Virus record (IMG/VR): IMGVR_UViG_3300044627_003356
DNA length: 64,000 nt
Strand: one strand, 5' to 3'
Source: a virus
The position numbers and the translations under genes are program-made. The notes under the pieces are model-generated. The model was not told where the DNA came from, did no database searches, and saw only the letters and a list, made by a program, of their open reading frames with translations. This document shows positions 9,187 through 18,887 of the stretch, in pieces; within the stretch, counting starts at the first letter, position 1, and every line of letters starts with the position of its first letter.

Positions 9187-10268
9187 TACGCTTGCTCCTG
9201 ATTTAATGCCTCAACATATAATTCACGCATTACTGTTTTCAACTTTTCATTGTCAATATGTTCTTCTTGAATACCATCTACAAACTTATTAATAATTGTG
9301 ATAGTATCTTCTGCTTGATTTATCATATCATCTTCTACACCTTCTGTCAAGTCTGTAAAATCTTCTGCAATGGTAACATCAACAGGATTTACATTATACA
9401 GGTTGTTCATCATTTTGTCAAACAGATAGGGGTTTGTTTTGTTGATTACCACCACTTTAACATAGGTATTGGTATACTTGCTTAAATCTTTATTGGTAAT
9501 CTCGGTGATTGATTCCACTTTATCATCATAAGTGATTTTATGAAACATGACGTTTGGATTTTTTATGAAAGTAAGGTCACGATTGCCAATGTCAAAAATA
9601 TGAAAACCTCTAGTGTCATTATAATCTTGCCAAGTAAGTTCATATGGGTTTCCAAGATAATGAATACCGTCAGCTGAACTCCTATGATGATAGTGACCAC
9701 TAAAAGTAAAATCGAACTTTCTAAATAGTTCACGACTTAATCCTTCTTGACTTGGCATACCACGATACATGGCAAAGCCAGCAATCTCAAAGTGTCCCAT
9801 ACAGATGCTAGCGGATGTGTTTTGTATTTCTGCCAAACTGTTATTGTAATTCTCTGTACAAATCCAAGGAACCATACAGATGTCATAACTCTCATCACTA
9901 TATTTTAAATGAATCGTCTGCGGTGATGAAATGACATTGATATTGCTATACTCTTGTAATAACAAATCGACCGAATTTACCTCATTGGTATTTTTAAAAT
10001 AAGTATCATGGTTACCAGCCAACATATGCACTTGAATACCTTTGGCATATAACTTATCAAAAAACATCTCCCTTGCACGTTTAAGTGTAAAGAAGTTTAC
10101 ATACTTTCTACGGTCAAATGTGTCACCCAAAATAAGAACAGTATCAATGTCATGCTCTTCGATAGTTGGAAAGAAAGTGTCCGAATAGAATCTTTCATAG
10201 TAATCCAAAAAATGGATTGAATCGTTACGAGCACCAAAATGTTGGTCAGTTATAATCGCAATTTTCAT
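9186..10268 (-). CDS. gp47: recombination endonuclease nuclease subunit (SbcD/Mre11-like)
   Basis: TDQHFG, LGDTFD, GNHD, GHYH metallophosphoesterase motifs. Confidence 0.97.
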   Translation of the reverse strand: MKIAIITDQHFGARNDSIHFLDYYERFYSDTFFPTIEEHDIDTVLILGDTFDRRKYVNFFTLKRAREMFFDKLYAKGIQVHMLAGNHDTYFKNTNEVNSVDLLLQEYSNINVISSPQTIHLKYSDESYDICMVPWICTENYNNSLAEIQNTSASICMGHFEIAGFAMYRGMPSQEGLSRELFRKFDFTFSGHYHHRSSADGIHYLGNPYELTWQDYNDTRGFHIFDIGNRDLTFIKNPNVMFHKITYDDKVESITEITNKDLSKYTNTYVKVVVINKTNPYLFDKMMNNLYNVNPVDVTIAEDFTDLTEGVEDDMINQAEDTITIINKFVDGIQEEHIDNEKLKTVMRELYVEALNQEQA

Positions 10269-10283
10269 AATAAAGTTAATTCT

Positions 10284-10466
10284 TTAAATTGGCATATTAG
10301 GTGGATGTGGTTGATTTGGATCATTCGGGTCATAATATTTAATTTCAATCACCGCTTCTGGTACCTTTAAGGTGTCCGTAAAATCTGTTGATTCTTTAAG
10401 TGTTTTAAACCATTTAGAAAATACAACATCTTTTTTTTCTGTTGGATAATAAGTTACTTTATACAT
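10284..10466 (-). CDS. hypothetical protein
   Basis: 60-aa ORF filling the gp55-gp47 gap; AGGAG upstream. Confidence 0.6.
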   Translation of the reverse strand: MYKVTYYPTEKKDVVFSKWFKTLKESTDFTDTLKVPEAVIEIKYYDPNDPNQPHPPNMPI

Positions 10467-10470
10467 TATA

Positions 10471-11013
10471 TCATTCTCCTAAAAACTTTTCAAGCCCTTT
10501 TGTTTTCTTTGCCATTGCAATATCCTTCTTTACCTTTCTTGCATCTTCATATGTTTCAATAAATTCGGCAATGTTATCATATAATTCAAACTGTCTGGAC
10601 GTACCATCTTCAAATTCCATCAGCTCAAACTCATCTAGTATGCCCATTTGTTCTGTAGCCTTATATTTGACATACAGTTGTTTCTTTTCTTTGGAGATTC
10701 TCCGTAAAAAGGCAAAATAGATGATTTGAGTAAAGTAAGCAAATGGATTCTTAGACTTGGCTGGATCAAAATTATCAAAGTATTGTAAACAGTTCTCAAT
10801 ACCATCCGATATCATTTCATCACGATAGGTATAGTTTATGAAGTTAGGTTTGTGTGATAAACCCTCTGCTATCTTCATAAAGCATTCACCAATGTAATTT
10901 GGAATTGCTGGAGGTGGTTTTTTTTCTTTCTTTGCCAGTTTACAAGATGTCTTGTAATCAACCAGGGCTTTGAGAAAATCTTCGTTATTAATGTAATGTT
11001 TTTGCTTAGCCAT
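10471..11013 (-). CDS. gp55: late transcription sigma factor
   Basis: HYINN..F...YIGECF.KIA..LS..PNF.NY.YR.EMI.D.IEN...NPFAYFTQI; start taken at MAKQK (11013), 11025 is the alternative. Confidence 0.96.
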   Translation of the reverse strand: MAKQKHYINNEDFLKALVDYKTSCKLAKKEKKPPPAIPNYIGECFMKIAEGLSHKPNFINYTYRDEMISDGIENCLQYFDNFDPAKSKNPFAYFTQIIYFAFLRRISKEKKQLYVKYKATEQMGILDEFELMEFEDGTSRQFELYDNIAEFIETYEDARKVKKDIAMAKKTKGLEKFLGE

Positions 11014-11034
11014 AAAATATACCATAAAAAGTTG

Positions 11035-11063
11035 TTGACAAAGGGCTTGACAGAGTGTATAGT
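11035..11063 (+). promoter_or_regulatory. antisense sigma70-type promoter
   Basis: TTGACA(11035-40)-N17-TATAGT(11058-63) on the plus strand. Confidence 0.6.
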
Positions 11064-11096
11064 CCTCGGTGTTCCCCTATGAAGTTAATATTTAAA

Positions 11097-11468
11097 TCAA
11101 TGTAGCGTTTGGCCATCACCATTTTCCATAGCATCCATAATATCTTCAATTTCTTCGTCTGTCATTTCGTCAGCATCATTTTTTGCCTTCAACAACATCT
11201 TAATCTTTTCCACGGTATTTGTGTAGTATTCTGCAAACTCATCATTAGGTTCAATCACAGTAAGCACATCACGAGAATTGATTTTAATCTCATTTTTTTT
11301 AATCAGTTGAACAGGTAACCAATGTGACATAACTAAACCACTTTCTTGGCCTTTCATGACAACATTAACCGACATAGGTTCCATAATTTCATATTCGTCA
11401 TTAATTAAGTTCAGGTTACCAATAATATCTTCACCATTCTTTAAACGAACTATTTTTATTGTATTCAT
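11097..11468 (-). CDS. conserved T4-like protein following uvsW (possible Sm-like fold)
   Basis: IKIVRLKNGEDII...WLP...acidic tail ending TLH; typical position after uvsW. Confidence 0.65.
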   Translation of the reverse strand: MNTIKIVRLKNGEDIIGNLNLINDEYEIMEPMSVNVVMKGQESGLVMSHWLPVQLIKKNEIKINSRDVLTVIEPNDEFAEYYTNTVEKIKMLLKAKNDADEMTDEEIEDIMDAMENGDGQTLH

Positions 11469-12952
11469 TTTTTTAGTCCTATTTTATATATTTTGAATGG
11501 GAACTTTTCTTCCGTGTAAATCTTAACTCGTTCAACAAAATGCTTCAATGTAAAATTCATACGTTTCTTATATCTTAAATCATCTGCAATGTCATAGAGG
11601 ATGGCTTTTTCTTTTCCTTCTGACTGCCGCAGTCCACGGCCAATCGATTGTAGATTTCGTACTCTCGATTTGCTTGGGCTGGCAAATATGATATTATGCA
11701 AGTTTCTAATATTAATACCAGTGCTAAAAGTACCAAAAGAAGCAACAACAATTGCATCGTTTTCAATCTCCATTATTTTTCGTATTTCTTCTCTGTCATT
11801 GGCATCTACACCACCATGAACAAAGAATACTTTTCTATCACCAATATTCTTGGTTTCTCTTATCATATCATACAGGATTTGACCATGTTTGTCAACCATT
11901 TGATATAATATTAATGTATTATTGCCTAAGCTAACTGCAAGATTCTTAATAAATTTATTACGATTTTCATTTGCAATTAGATATTGTATTTCTTCTTGGT
12001 ACGTCTTATCTTTTAACTGTAGGCACATTTCATCATCATGCTTCAGAACTAAACACTTAATTTCAAAATCTGAAACTTGATGTTTGTCAATTAACTCTCT
12101 TGTGGTAATTACTTTTTTGACTGAACCAAACAAACCTTCCAATACAAGTTTATGTGTTTTAGTACCATCTAATGTACCTGTAAGACCTATCCTATATTTA
12201 GCATTTATACAGGATGTAAGTATTGTAGTTAAAGACTGTGCCTTGAATAGATGTGCCTCATCACCAACGATATAATCAAATTGATGAAAGTATTCTTTTG
12301 GAAGTTTATACAGAGATTGCCATGTAGAAATGGTAAGTGGTTTGTCGGTATCTTTTTCTTTGCCTTGGTAGATACGATGAACATTGGTCATTTCGCCATT
12401 GTTGTAATCACCAAAGTCGGAGTATAATTGTTCAACCAAAGATGTGGTAGGAACTATTATGAGCCCTTTGAGATTTTGATATTGATGTAATTGACGGAAG
12501 ATTAGATAGATGATAAGAGATTTACCAGAAGCCGTTGGTGATACCAACAACGCTCGGCGTTTTTGCATGGCATGAATGTAAGCATCTAACTGGTGTTCTC
12601 GTATTTCAATTGGTTCACCACGAGCATGAATGTTTAATGAATCAATAAATTTTTTGGCATGATATACTGAATACTCATCTTCAACATCAGGCCTTGGATC
12701 ACCATAATCAAATGTATAACTTCTTTCATTACAAAATGTTTCAATGTATGGCAATAAACCAAGATAGATTTGATTCGTTTGTAAATTAAACATCCGAATT
12801 TTTCCATCCCAAATTCTATTACGATAGGCTGGAACAAATTGGTAACCAGGAACAAAAAAAGTAAAGTATTCCGATAACTCTTTTGTGATATGTTTTTCAC
12901 AAGTTATCTTGGCATACACCTCATCTTTTTTTGATATGGTTAAATCATTCAT
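11465..12952 (-). CDS. uvsW: DNA helicase UvsW
   Basis: WDGKIR, SPTASGKS, DEAH, TGT, QSIGRGLR. Confidence 0.97.
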   Translation of the reverse strand: MNDLTISKKDEVYAKITCEKHITKELSEYFTFFVPGYQFVPAYRNRIWDGKIRMFNLQTNQIYLGLLPYIETFCNERSYTFDYGDPRPDVEDEYSVYHAKKFIDSLNIHARGEPIEIREHQLDAYIHAMQKRRALLVSPTASGKSLIIYLIFRQLHQYQNLKGLIIVPTTSLVEQLYSDFGDYNNGEMTNVHRIYQGKEKDTDKPLTISTWQSLYKLPKEYFHQFDYIVGDEAHLFKAQSLTTILTSCINAKYRIGLTGTLDGTKTHKLVLEGLFGSVKKVITTRELIDKHQVSDFEIKCLVLKHDDEMCLQLKDKTYQEEIQYLIANENRNKFIKNLAVSLGNNTLILYQMVDKHGQILYDMIRETKNIGDRKVFFVHGGVDANDREEIRKIMEIENDAIVVASFGTFSTGINIRNLHNIIFASPSKSRVRNLQSIGRGLRQSEGKEKAILYDIADDLRYKKRMNFTLKHFVERVKIYTEEKFPFKIYKIGLKK

Positions 12953-13587
12953 TCTTTTTCATCAAACTTATAGAACCATGAATCTGGTGTACCGACACTC
13001 CATTTAGAAATGTTTTCTACTGAATAGATTTCTGTTGGTATTTTAAAATCAGGTGTTTTAACTACGGGCGGTACCAGTGATACATCATACCACAGGCAAC
13101 GATTATTTGGTTGACAGGCAAATTGGCCATTGTCTAATTGAATAAAATTATATGATTTATGTTCTTGCACACCTTCTGAAAAACTAGTGTCGATACGATT
13201 AAAATCTGGTGCAGCAAAGTCAATTGTGAAAAGGTATTTACCAAAATGAAATGCACGGTCTTTACCAAAATATTTTACTTTAAGTCCTCGTAGATTTGAT
13301 TTCTCAATTACCGCCATATCATATGATAGACAATCCCATATTTGTAGGTTATCTAACGGCAGATAATCATCTACAGGTTTCCAAACATATGCAGAGATGG
13401 GTAGTTTATCAAACAATGCACCGTAATCGGTTAACATACACTCAATACGGAATGCCTGGCCTTTGATGGCCTTGGCAGTAATCCATACACAAGGTTCTAA
13501 TTCACCATGACCTTTTTCATGGTTATAAAGAAACTCTTTACGAACAAAACATTTAACAGGAGGTACATTTGCAACCAGAAAAGACAC
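12949..13587 (-). CDS. conserved hypothetical protein
   Basis: Start revised to GTG 13587 (GGAGG SD, TAGTG overlap with uvsY stop); MSFLVANVPP...GQFACQPNNR. Confidence 0.75.
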   Translation of the reverse strand: MSFLVANVPPVKCFVRKEFLYNHEKGHGELEPCVWITAKAIKGQAFRIECMLTDYGALFDKLPISAYVWKPVDDYLPLDNLQIWDCLSYDMAVIEKSNLRGLKVKYFGKDRAFHFGKYLFTIDFAAPDFNRIDTSFSEGVQEHKSYNFIQLDNGQFACQPNNRCLWYDVSLVPPVVKTPDFKIPTEIYSVENISKWSVGTPDSWFYKFDEKE

Positions 13588-14021
13588 TATTGGCCTCCTA
13601 TGAATTTTTCCCAAGAGATAAAATCTCTAAGTTGCCAGGTTCTTTGTTTCAGTTCATTCATCACAGATTCCAAAACTGATACACATTCTTCATGGTATAC
13701 TTTTTTCTCTAACATCTTAATCAAATCATCATCACCTTCTAAGTAGGCACCAATATCCGATTTCAATACAAACTGAAATGGTTGCCAACCACGAGTTTCT
13801 AATTCTTCTTGGTCTAATCTGCCATTATAATAATCAATCTTTACTTTACGCAAACGCAAGTAATCAAAGTGAGCCTTTTTGGCCGCAATCTTGTGTTTAG
13901 TTAAAATGGAGAGATATTTGTTGTGTAGAATAGGAATACGAAGCAGTTCTTTACCAGGTTCCGTCTGGTCCATTTCTGCATCTTTTTCCCAATACTTTAA
14001 TACTTGTTCTAGATTTTCCAT
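13587..14021 (-). CDS. uvsY: recombination mediator UvsY
   Basis: W.KDA.MD...IP.LHNKYL...YY.G...LKSDI..YL.GD.DL...W.KF..G. Confidence 0.92.
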   Translation of the reverse strand: MENLEQVLKYWEKDAEMDQTEPGKELLRIPILHNKYLSILTKHKIAAKKAHFDYLRLRKVKIDYYNGRLDQEELETRGWQPFQFVLKSDIGAYLEGDDDLIKMLEKKVYHEECVSVLESVMNELKQRTWQLRDFISWEKFIGGQ

Positions 14022-14052
14022 AATATTTTCAATAGTTTAACACCAATTATAT

Positions 14053-14081
14053 ATTGTAACACAAGCCGTGTTAAATGGCAA
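14053..14081 (-). promoter_or_regulatory. sigma70-type promoter of uvsY-uvsW operon
   Basis: TTGCCA(14081-76)-N17-TACAAT(14058-53) with TGn. Confidence 0.7.
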
Positions 14082-14094
14082 GACTTTGTGTTAC

Positions 14095-14631
14095 TTAAAC
14101 TGGTAAAAATTTAAACTGGTCAAAGACGAAAGTGGCATCAGCCGTAATCATATCATCAGCTGATTGTTTTGTGTCAAAGAAGATATCCGATAGAGATACC
14201 GGAAACATATTGGTAAATTCTACCCGAAGTATTGGATTGTTTAAAGCACTTAATACTGTTAATGTGGCATCAGAATATTGTTGTTTGTTACTTGACATAT
14301 TGTTATATTGATTTTGTAAAGCGGTCTTTAAATTCCGTTCTTCAGTACCGTCTGGTGATGCAAAGGAACGAAACCAATCGTGTAGTTCAATCCATGATGT
14401 AGCATTCTCGTTTACCAAAAAATTCATACTGAAATTGTTGTATAATATCTGATTACCAGGCGAGTATACAGTCACGCTTGGAAAGTTGATTGGGGCCTGT
14501 CCTACGCTGACTCCGGGTATGTTTACCGACTGGCAGAACCATGTCGTGTCAGGTATCCTACTGAAAGTCATTAGAAACTTTGTAGGTTGTAGATAGTTGG
14601 TGTTTTCGGGGGTTCTAGTTAATACATTCAT
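14095..14631 (-). CDS. gp3: tail completion / tube terminator protein
   Basis: NYLQPTKF...FCQSVNIPG...SDATL...FPVSLS...ADATF; follows gp23. Confidence 0.88.
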   Translation of the reverse strand: MNVLTRTPENTNYLQPTKFLMTFSRIPDTTWFCQSVNIPGVSVGQAPINFPSVTVYSPGNQILYNNFSMNFLVNENATSWIELHDWFRSFASPDGTEERNLKTALQNQYNNMSSNKQQYSDATLTVLSALNNPILRVEFTNMFPVSLSDIFFDTKQSADDMITADATFVFDQFKFLPV

Positions 14632-14636
14632 ACAAG

Positions 14637-14643
14637 TATTTAG
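14637..14643 (-). promoter_or_regulatory. late promoter (gp3)
   Basis: CTAAATA 5 nt before the ATG. Confidence 0.65.
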
Positions 14644-14648
14644 GTCAT

Positions 14649-14678
14649 AAAAAAAGAGACCACCGAAGTGGTCTCTTT
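14649..14678 (-). terminator. terminator after gp23
   Basis: AAAGAGACCAC-TTCG-GTGGTCTC-T7; cUUCGg tetraloop. Confidence 0.9.
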
Positions 14679-14707
14679 AAAGGTCCTTCTTAACGAGGAC
14701 TTTTTGA

Positions 14708-16036
14708 TTACATCAAGTTTTTCACACCAAAAATACGATAGTATTTGTTTGTGCGAGCATTCAAACCACCAGAACCAGCGCCTAGACCTTCTGCGAATGG
14801 GTTTGATACCATTCCGTAACGGGTCTTGAAGCCAATCTTTGGTTGGAAGGTATACTGGTCTACAGCACGAACCATTTGGAGAGGAACGTATGGGCAATAG
14901 AACAGACCAGCATCGTATGGGCTAGAACCCTTATAACCGATGGTGACCAATTCTTGGTTGCTTGTGTAACCACCAAAATATGGGTCAATGTAAACCTTAA
15001 TACGACCGTGTAACAAACCAGCAAATGTGTTGCCTGTGTCATCTACTTGCAAGTCAGCTTGGAGAGCAGGTGTATACTGAAGAACACCAGCCATTGCCAT
15101 AGCAGAAGCAACGTCAGAAGAAACAATTAACACGTTACCTTTTCCTCTACGAGTTTGCTTAGCAATTACGTTAGCATCACGCTCGATTTGGAAAATTAGA
15201 CCTTTGAAACGCTCAACTGACCAACGGCCGTTAGAGTCTGTATCTAAGTCAAAGAAACCTGCTGTTGTTGTACCATACTGAGCACCTGGAACGGCAACAG
15301 TATAGATGGTACGGATAACTTCACGGTTGATTTCAGCGAGAACTTCTGTAGACAGAATGTTAGACAATTCTGTTTCAGCATCAAGACCATGAATTGCTTT
15401 CAAGTCTTGTGCGAGTTCTAAAGAATACTCAGCTTTCAATGCACGGGATTGAGCAGTTACAGTAACTTTCTCAATAGAGAATGCCATCTGTGCAAATGCT
15501 GTGTTGCCGTCAGAACCAAGATACTCAGCAGTAGCTGTTGGCAATGCAATACCAGTTGTATAACTGTTAGCAGCCAAAGTTGCGGACACAACAGGGTTTG
15601 TACCTGTATCGGTTGCAGTTGTACCGGCGAAACCGTATGGGTTACCAGCAGAACCTTTACCAGAGAACATTGTATTAGCTTCGTTATAGAAAGCTTCAGA
15701 ACCTGTTTGGTCAACATACTTAGCACGCATTGCAAAAATCAAACCGGTAGGACCAGTCATTGGCTGAACGCCAGCAACGTCATAAGCGATTAAATTTGGT
15801 AGAGCACGGCGAACCAAAGAAATCAAGATTGGGTCAAAGTTTTGAACACCACCAGTTACGTTTGTAGGACCTGGATCAGCTTCGTTCAAAGCAATGCGGT
15901 CTTGACGCATAGCTTGTTGTTGGTTTTCCAAAACAAGTGCTGTAACAGCTTTCTTGTATGGGTCTTTGATGGCTTCTAATTCTGGATGCTCCAGAACAGG
16001 TTGCCATTTCTTTTGTAGTTCTTCTGTCAAATACAT
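14708..16036 (-). CDS. gp23: major capsid protein
   Basis: FDPILISLVRR, QPMTGPTGLIFAMR, SRALKAEYSLELAQDLKAIHGLDAE, FQPKIGFKTRYG. Confidence 0.99.
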   Translation of the reverse strand: MYLTEELQKKWQPVLEHPELEAIKDPYKKAVTALVLENQQQAMRQDRIALNEADPGPTNVTGGVQNFDPILISLVRRALPNLIAYDVAGVQPMTGPTGLIFAMRAKYVDQTGSEAFYNEANTMFSGKGSAGNPYGFAGTTATDTGTNPVVSATLAANSYTTGIALPTATAEYLGSDGNTAFAQMAFSIEKVTVTAQSRALKAEYSLELAQDLKAIHGLDAETELSNILSTEVLAEINREVIRTIYTVAVPGAQYGTTTAGFFDLDTDSNGRWSVERFKGLIFQIERDANVIAKQTRRGKGNVLIVSSDVASAMAMAGVLQYTPALQADLQVDDTGNTFAGLLHGRIKVYIDPYFGGYTSNQELVTIGYKGSSPYDAGLFYCPYVPLQMVRAVDQYTFQPKIGFKTRYGMVSNPFAEGLGAGSGGLNARTNKYYRIFGVKNLM

Positions 16037-16059
16037 TTTTTATTCCTTTTTGTTGTATT

Positions 16060-17247
16060 TTACTTCATAGTTTGTGAAATGGTTTTTGCATAGATATTAA
16101 TGGAAGGATCATCAGAGATTATTTTCTCTTTCTTTTCTTCTTCTACTAATACTTCGTCTAAAGCAGATGAATCAGCAACTTTAACATCAGCTTTGAAATA
16201 TGATTCTTTCAATGTTGATAGTTTGGTAGCAAATTCTTCATCAGTAGTAAACTCCACACCTTCTGCAAGTGACTTCAGTTTTTCTACTTGAGTCTGCGTA
16301 AGGCCTTCACAAGCTGCGTAAATAGCCTCAAACTTTTTGTGCTCATTGAGTTCTTTCTTCATCTCAATGGCAGATTTGATTTGTTCGTTGTAAGCTTCTT
16401 CAAGTTCTTCAACTTTAGAAGTGAGTTCTTCAACAACATCTACCTTGTCGGCAGGAATGTCAATGTAATGCTCTTCAAACAAACCTTTTAAACCTGTAAT
16501 AAAATCTTCAACGATTTCGGCACGGAGACCTTTTTCGATAGCGATTTCGTTGTCTTTGACCCATTCTTCAACCATGTAGTTGAGATAGTCATCAACCTTA
16601 GCAGCCAAATCTTCTTTAACTTCTTCAATGGCGGCTTCAAACTGATCCATCAATTCTGTTTCGGCTTCAGCAATAACTTCTTCAGCACGAGCAATAACGG
16701 CAGCTTCAAAAATGGTAGTTGCTTTAGAAACAAATTCTTCAGAAAGATTTTCGCCTGTAAACAGAGCGTCCATATCTTCCTTCATTTTTTCTTTCATTTT
16801 CATTTTTTTCATCATTGCCTTATCTTGAGCCTCATCTTCGTGACCTTCTTCTTTTTCTTCGGCCACTACTTCTTCGTCAGATTCGGTTTCTTCGTATTGT
16901 TGAACACCTACAGAACCTTTATTTAAAGGCATTTGGTTTTTGCCAGTCTTGCCTTCAGGTTGTTCGATTGCAACACCATCAGATTGTTGTGGCTGGCCTT
17001 TGAGTTTCTTCATTGGCTCAGAACCAACAGGTGGTTTTGCACCTGGAGCAGTTGCTGTTGGTGTACCTTTTGTGTAGTCAGGAATTGCATCGGTTGTCTT
17101 GAGTGGTGTGTGACCAACATCTACTTCACCGGTGCCATATGCTACATCGCCAGATAGTTTGGCTGGTTTATCTTGGCCACTTTGTTTACCAGAAACATTA
17201 CCCGAAAGAATGTCTTTAGCGGCTTCGGACAGATTAAATTTTCCCAT
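16060..17247 (-). CDS. gp22: prohead core scaffold protein
   Basis: LSEEF..KA.TIFEAAV...VDDYLNY.VEEW...EIVEDFI.GLK.LF.EHYIDIP. Confidence 0.93.
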   Translation of the reverse strand: MGKFNLSEAAKDILSGNVSGKQSGQDKPAKLSGDVAYGTGEVDVGHTPLKTTDAIPDYTKGTPTATAPGAKPPVGSEPMKKLKGQPQQSDGVAIEQPEGKTGKNQMPLNKGSVGVQQYEETESDEEVVAEEKEEGHEDEAQDKAMMKKMKMKEKMKEDMDALFTGENLSEEFVSKATTIFEAAVIARAEEVIAEAETELMDQFEAAIEEVKEDLAAKVDDYLNYMVEEWVKDNEIAIEKGLRAEIVEDFITGLKGLFEEHYIDIPADKVDVVEELTSKVEELEEAYNEQIKSAIEMKKELNEHKKFEAIYAACEGLTQTQVEKLKSLAEGVEFTTDEEFATKLSTLKESYFKADVKVADSSALDEVLVEEEKKEKIISDDPSINIYAKTISQTMK

Positions 17248-17275
17248 TTTAAAAATCTCCTTGATTTATATTGGA

Positions 17276-17283
17276 TATTTATA
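17276..17283 (-). promoter_or_regulatory. late promoter (gp22-gp23)
   Basis: TATAAATA followed by AAGGAG SD. Confidence 0.8.
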
Positions 17284-17284
17284 T

Positions 17285-17929
17285 TTAAAGTTTTTTGACG
17301 AGTGATTCCCAAATGCGTAGACTTACTTTCTCTATATCAGCCTTAGAAGCTTCTTGAATTGCCTTCTTTGCCTGAGTATATTGTTGTTCTGTCCATACAC
17401 CGTTTACCATCACCCATTCTTTGCCTTCCATGATACCTTGTACGAAAGCATTTGGAGCAGAGGGGTCTGCTACAATATCCGCCGCTGTGGCTAGATGAAA
17501 ATCATCTTGAACTATGTTGATGCCATTAACAGATTTAAGAGAACCCATACCACGGGACGACACACCAATTTGTGCGCCACCTTCGATAAGACTCTTAACT
17601 ATGTTTCCCATAGGTGTGTCAAGAATTTTTGCTTTGCCTATCCAATCATTACCTTCTTGGCGGAGACCCACGACCATGTGAGATACTCTGTCTAGATTGA
17701 TAGATGGGGTGTCTGGATGACCCAGCTCACCAAAGGCACGGTTTTTATTAATATATTGTTCGGTGTATCTTTGAACTTCTTTGGCCATGGTCTCTTTGAG
17801 ATATTTGCGGCCATTGCGGTTTACCACTTCTGCTTGGAGAAATGGACCTTCGATGAACAAAGTTTTCTTGCCGTCTTTTTCTTCAGCAAGATATTGTAGT
17901 GATTCGGTGACTTCTGTTATTAACTTCAT
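17285..17929 (-). CDS. gp21: prohead protease
   Basis: NRNGR.Y, GELGHP, GVSSRGMGS, DIVADPSAP.AFV. Confidence 0.97.
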   Translation of the reverse strand: MKLITEVTESLQYLAEEKDGKKTLFIEGPFLQAEVVNRNGRKYLKETMAKEVQRYTEQYINKNRAFGELGHPDTPSINLDRVSHMVVGLRQEGNDWIGKAKILDTPMGNIVKSLIEGGAQIGVSSRGMGSLKSVNGINIVQDDFHLATAADIVADPSAPNAFVQGIMEGKEWVMVNGVWTEQQYTQAKKAIQEASKADIEKVSLRIWESLVKKL

Positions 17930-18360
17930 TGTAGCCCCATTGCTTTTCGTTTTCTTAATGTCATCGTTCTTTTTCGTAACGCTTGTCTTAACTTAGAACG
18001 CCTTTTAAACTTGGAACGCCGAGCCGCCATTTTGCGGCGCCTACGTTCTTGTGGTAACATTCTTACGAGCTTGCCACCACGAATTGTAAAACCTGGTACG
18101 GCCGACTTCTTAACTCTCCGTTGAACTTTTCCTGCACGAAATCTTACACGAATAAGTTTAGTTCTTCCCATCTTTTGCACATTGGCTTCAGATAGTTCTT
18201 CTTCTTCAACTTCAATTTCAAAATCATCATACATCTCAGCTGTAATACGCATCTTAACTTGGTTTAATTTTTCGTTAACCAAGTTTTGTATGCGTTGATT
18301 CAAAACTTCTTTTGCTTCAACTATTTTATCTTGTAATAGTTTAGAAACAAAATCTCTCAT
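17926..18360 (-). CDS. gp68: prohead core protein (gp68-like)
   Basis: Acidic N-half and very basic C-half (RKMAARRSKFKRR); directly before gp21. Confidence 0.7.
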   Translation of the reverse strand: MRDFVSKLLQDKIVEAKEVLNQRIQNLVNEKLNQVKMRITAEMYDDFEIEVEEEELSEANVQKMGRTKLIRVRFRAGKVQRRVKKSAVPGFTIRGGKLVRMLPQERRRRKMAARRSKFKRRSKLRQALRKRTMTLRKRKAMGLQ

Positions 18361-18884
18361 TACGGTGTTACACCATAAGGAGGATAGTTAAATGCAGCTG
18401 GATCAGTAAATTGGCCAGAACTATAATATTGGTTGTTCTTGTGTAATTCGATAATTAATGTGTAGGCAGCATTACCGGTTGTACCAGCGGTTGTAATGGT
18501 TACGTTACCTGTAGGACCAACAGCATTGTTTGGTATTGCAGGTAATTGATATTGTGGATTTGTATCACCAGCACCAACACCTAATGCAAAAATTGTGGCA
18601 TCAGATGTTGTGCCTTGCCATTTTAATTGTAGGTGACCAACTTCTGCATCAACATTATAAACAACACGAGAAATTGTAAATGCAGAATTAGCAAAACCAG
18701 GAGCAGTTGTATTACCTGTTTGATAAGGTAAGTTATTAGCATTTAACGCACCAGACAGAGCTCGTGGGTCAATAACAACTGTTAAGGCTTCATTTCCGCC
18801 AGCGGCATCAAAAATGCCAACTCGTTTAATTACGGTGCGTTTTGTTGTATCAACTAAAATTTGTGTGCTATTTGACGTTGCCAT
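18360..18884 (-). CDS. hypothetical virion/head protein
   Basis: 174-aa beta-rich ORF inside the head operon. Confidence 0.6.
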   Translation of the reverse strand: MATSNSTQILVDTTKRTVIKRVGIFDAAGGNEALTVVIDPRALSGALNANNLPYQTGNTTAPGFANSAFTISRVVYNVDAEVGHLQLKWQGTTSDATIFALGVGAGDTNPQYQLPAIPNNAVGPTGNVTITTAGTTGNAAYTLIIELHKNNQYYSSGQFTDPAAFNYPPYGVTP

Positions 18885-18887
18885 TTT

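Noticed and set aside
13588-13614. N-terminal extension MGKIHRRPI called by the track (and the similar extension 31312-31404 of the DUF2061 ORF)
   Set aside because: They overlap upstream genes; coupled GTG/TTG starts fit better
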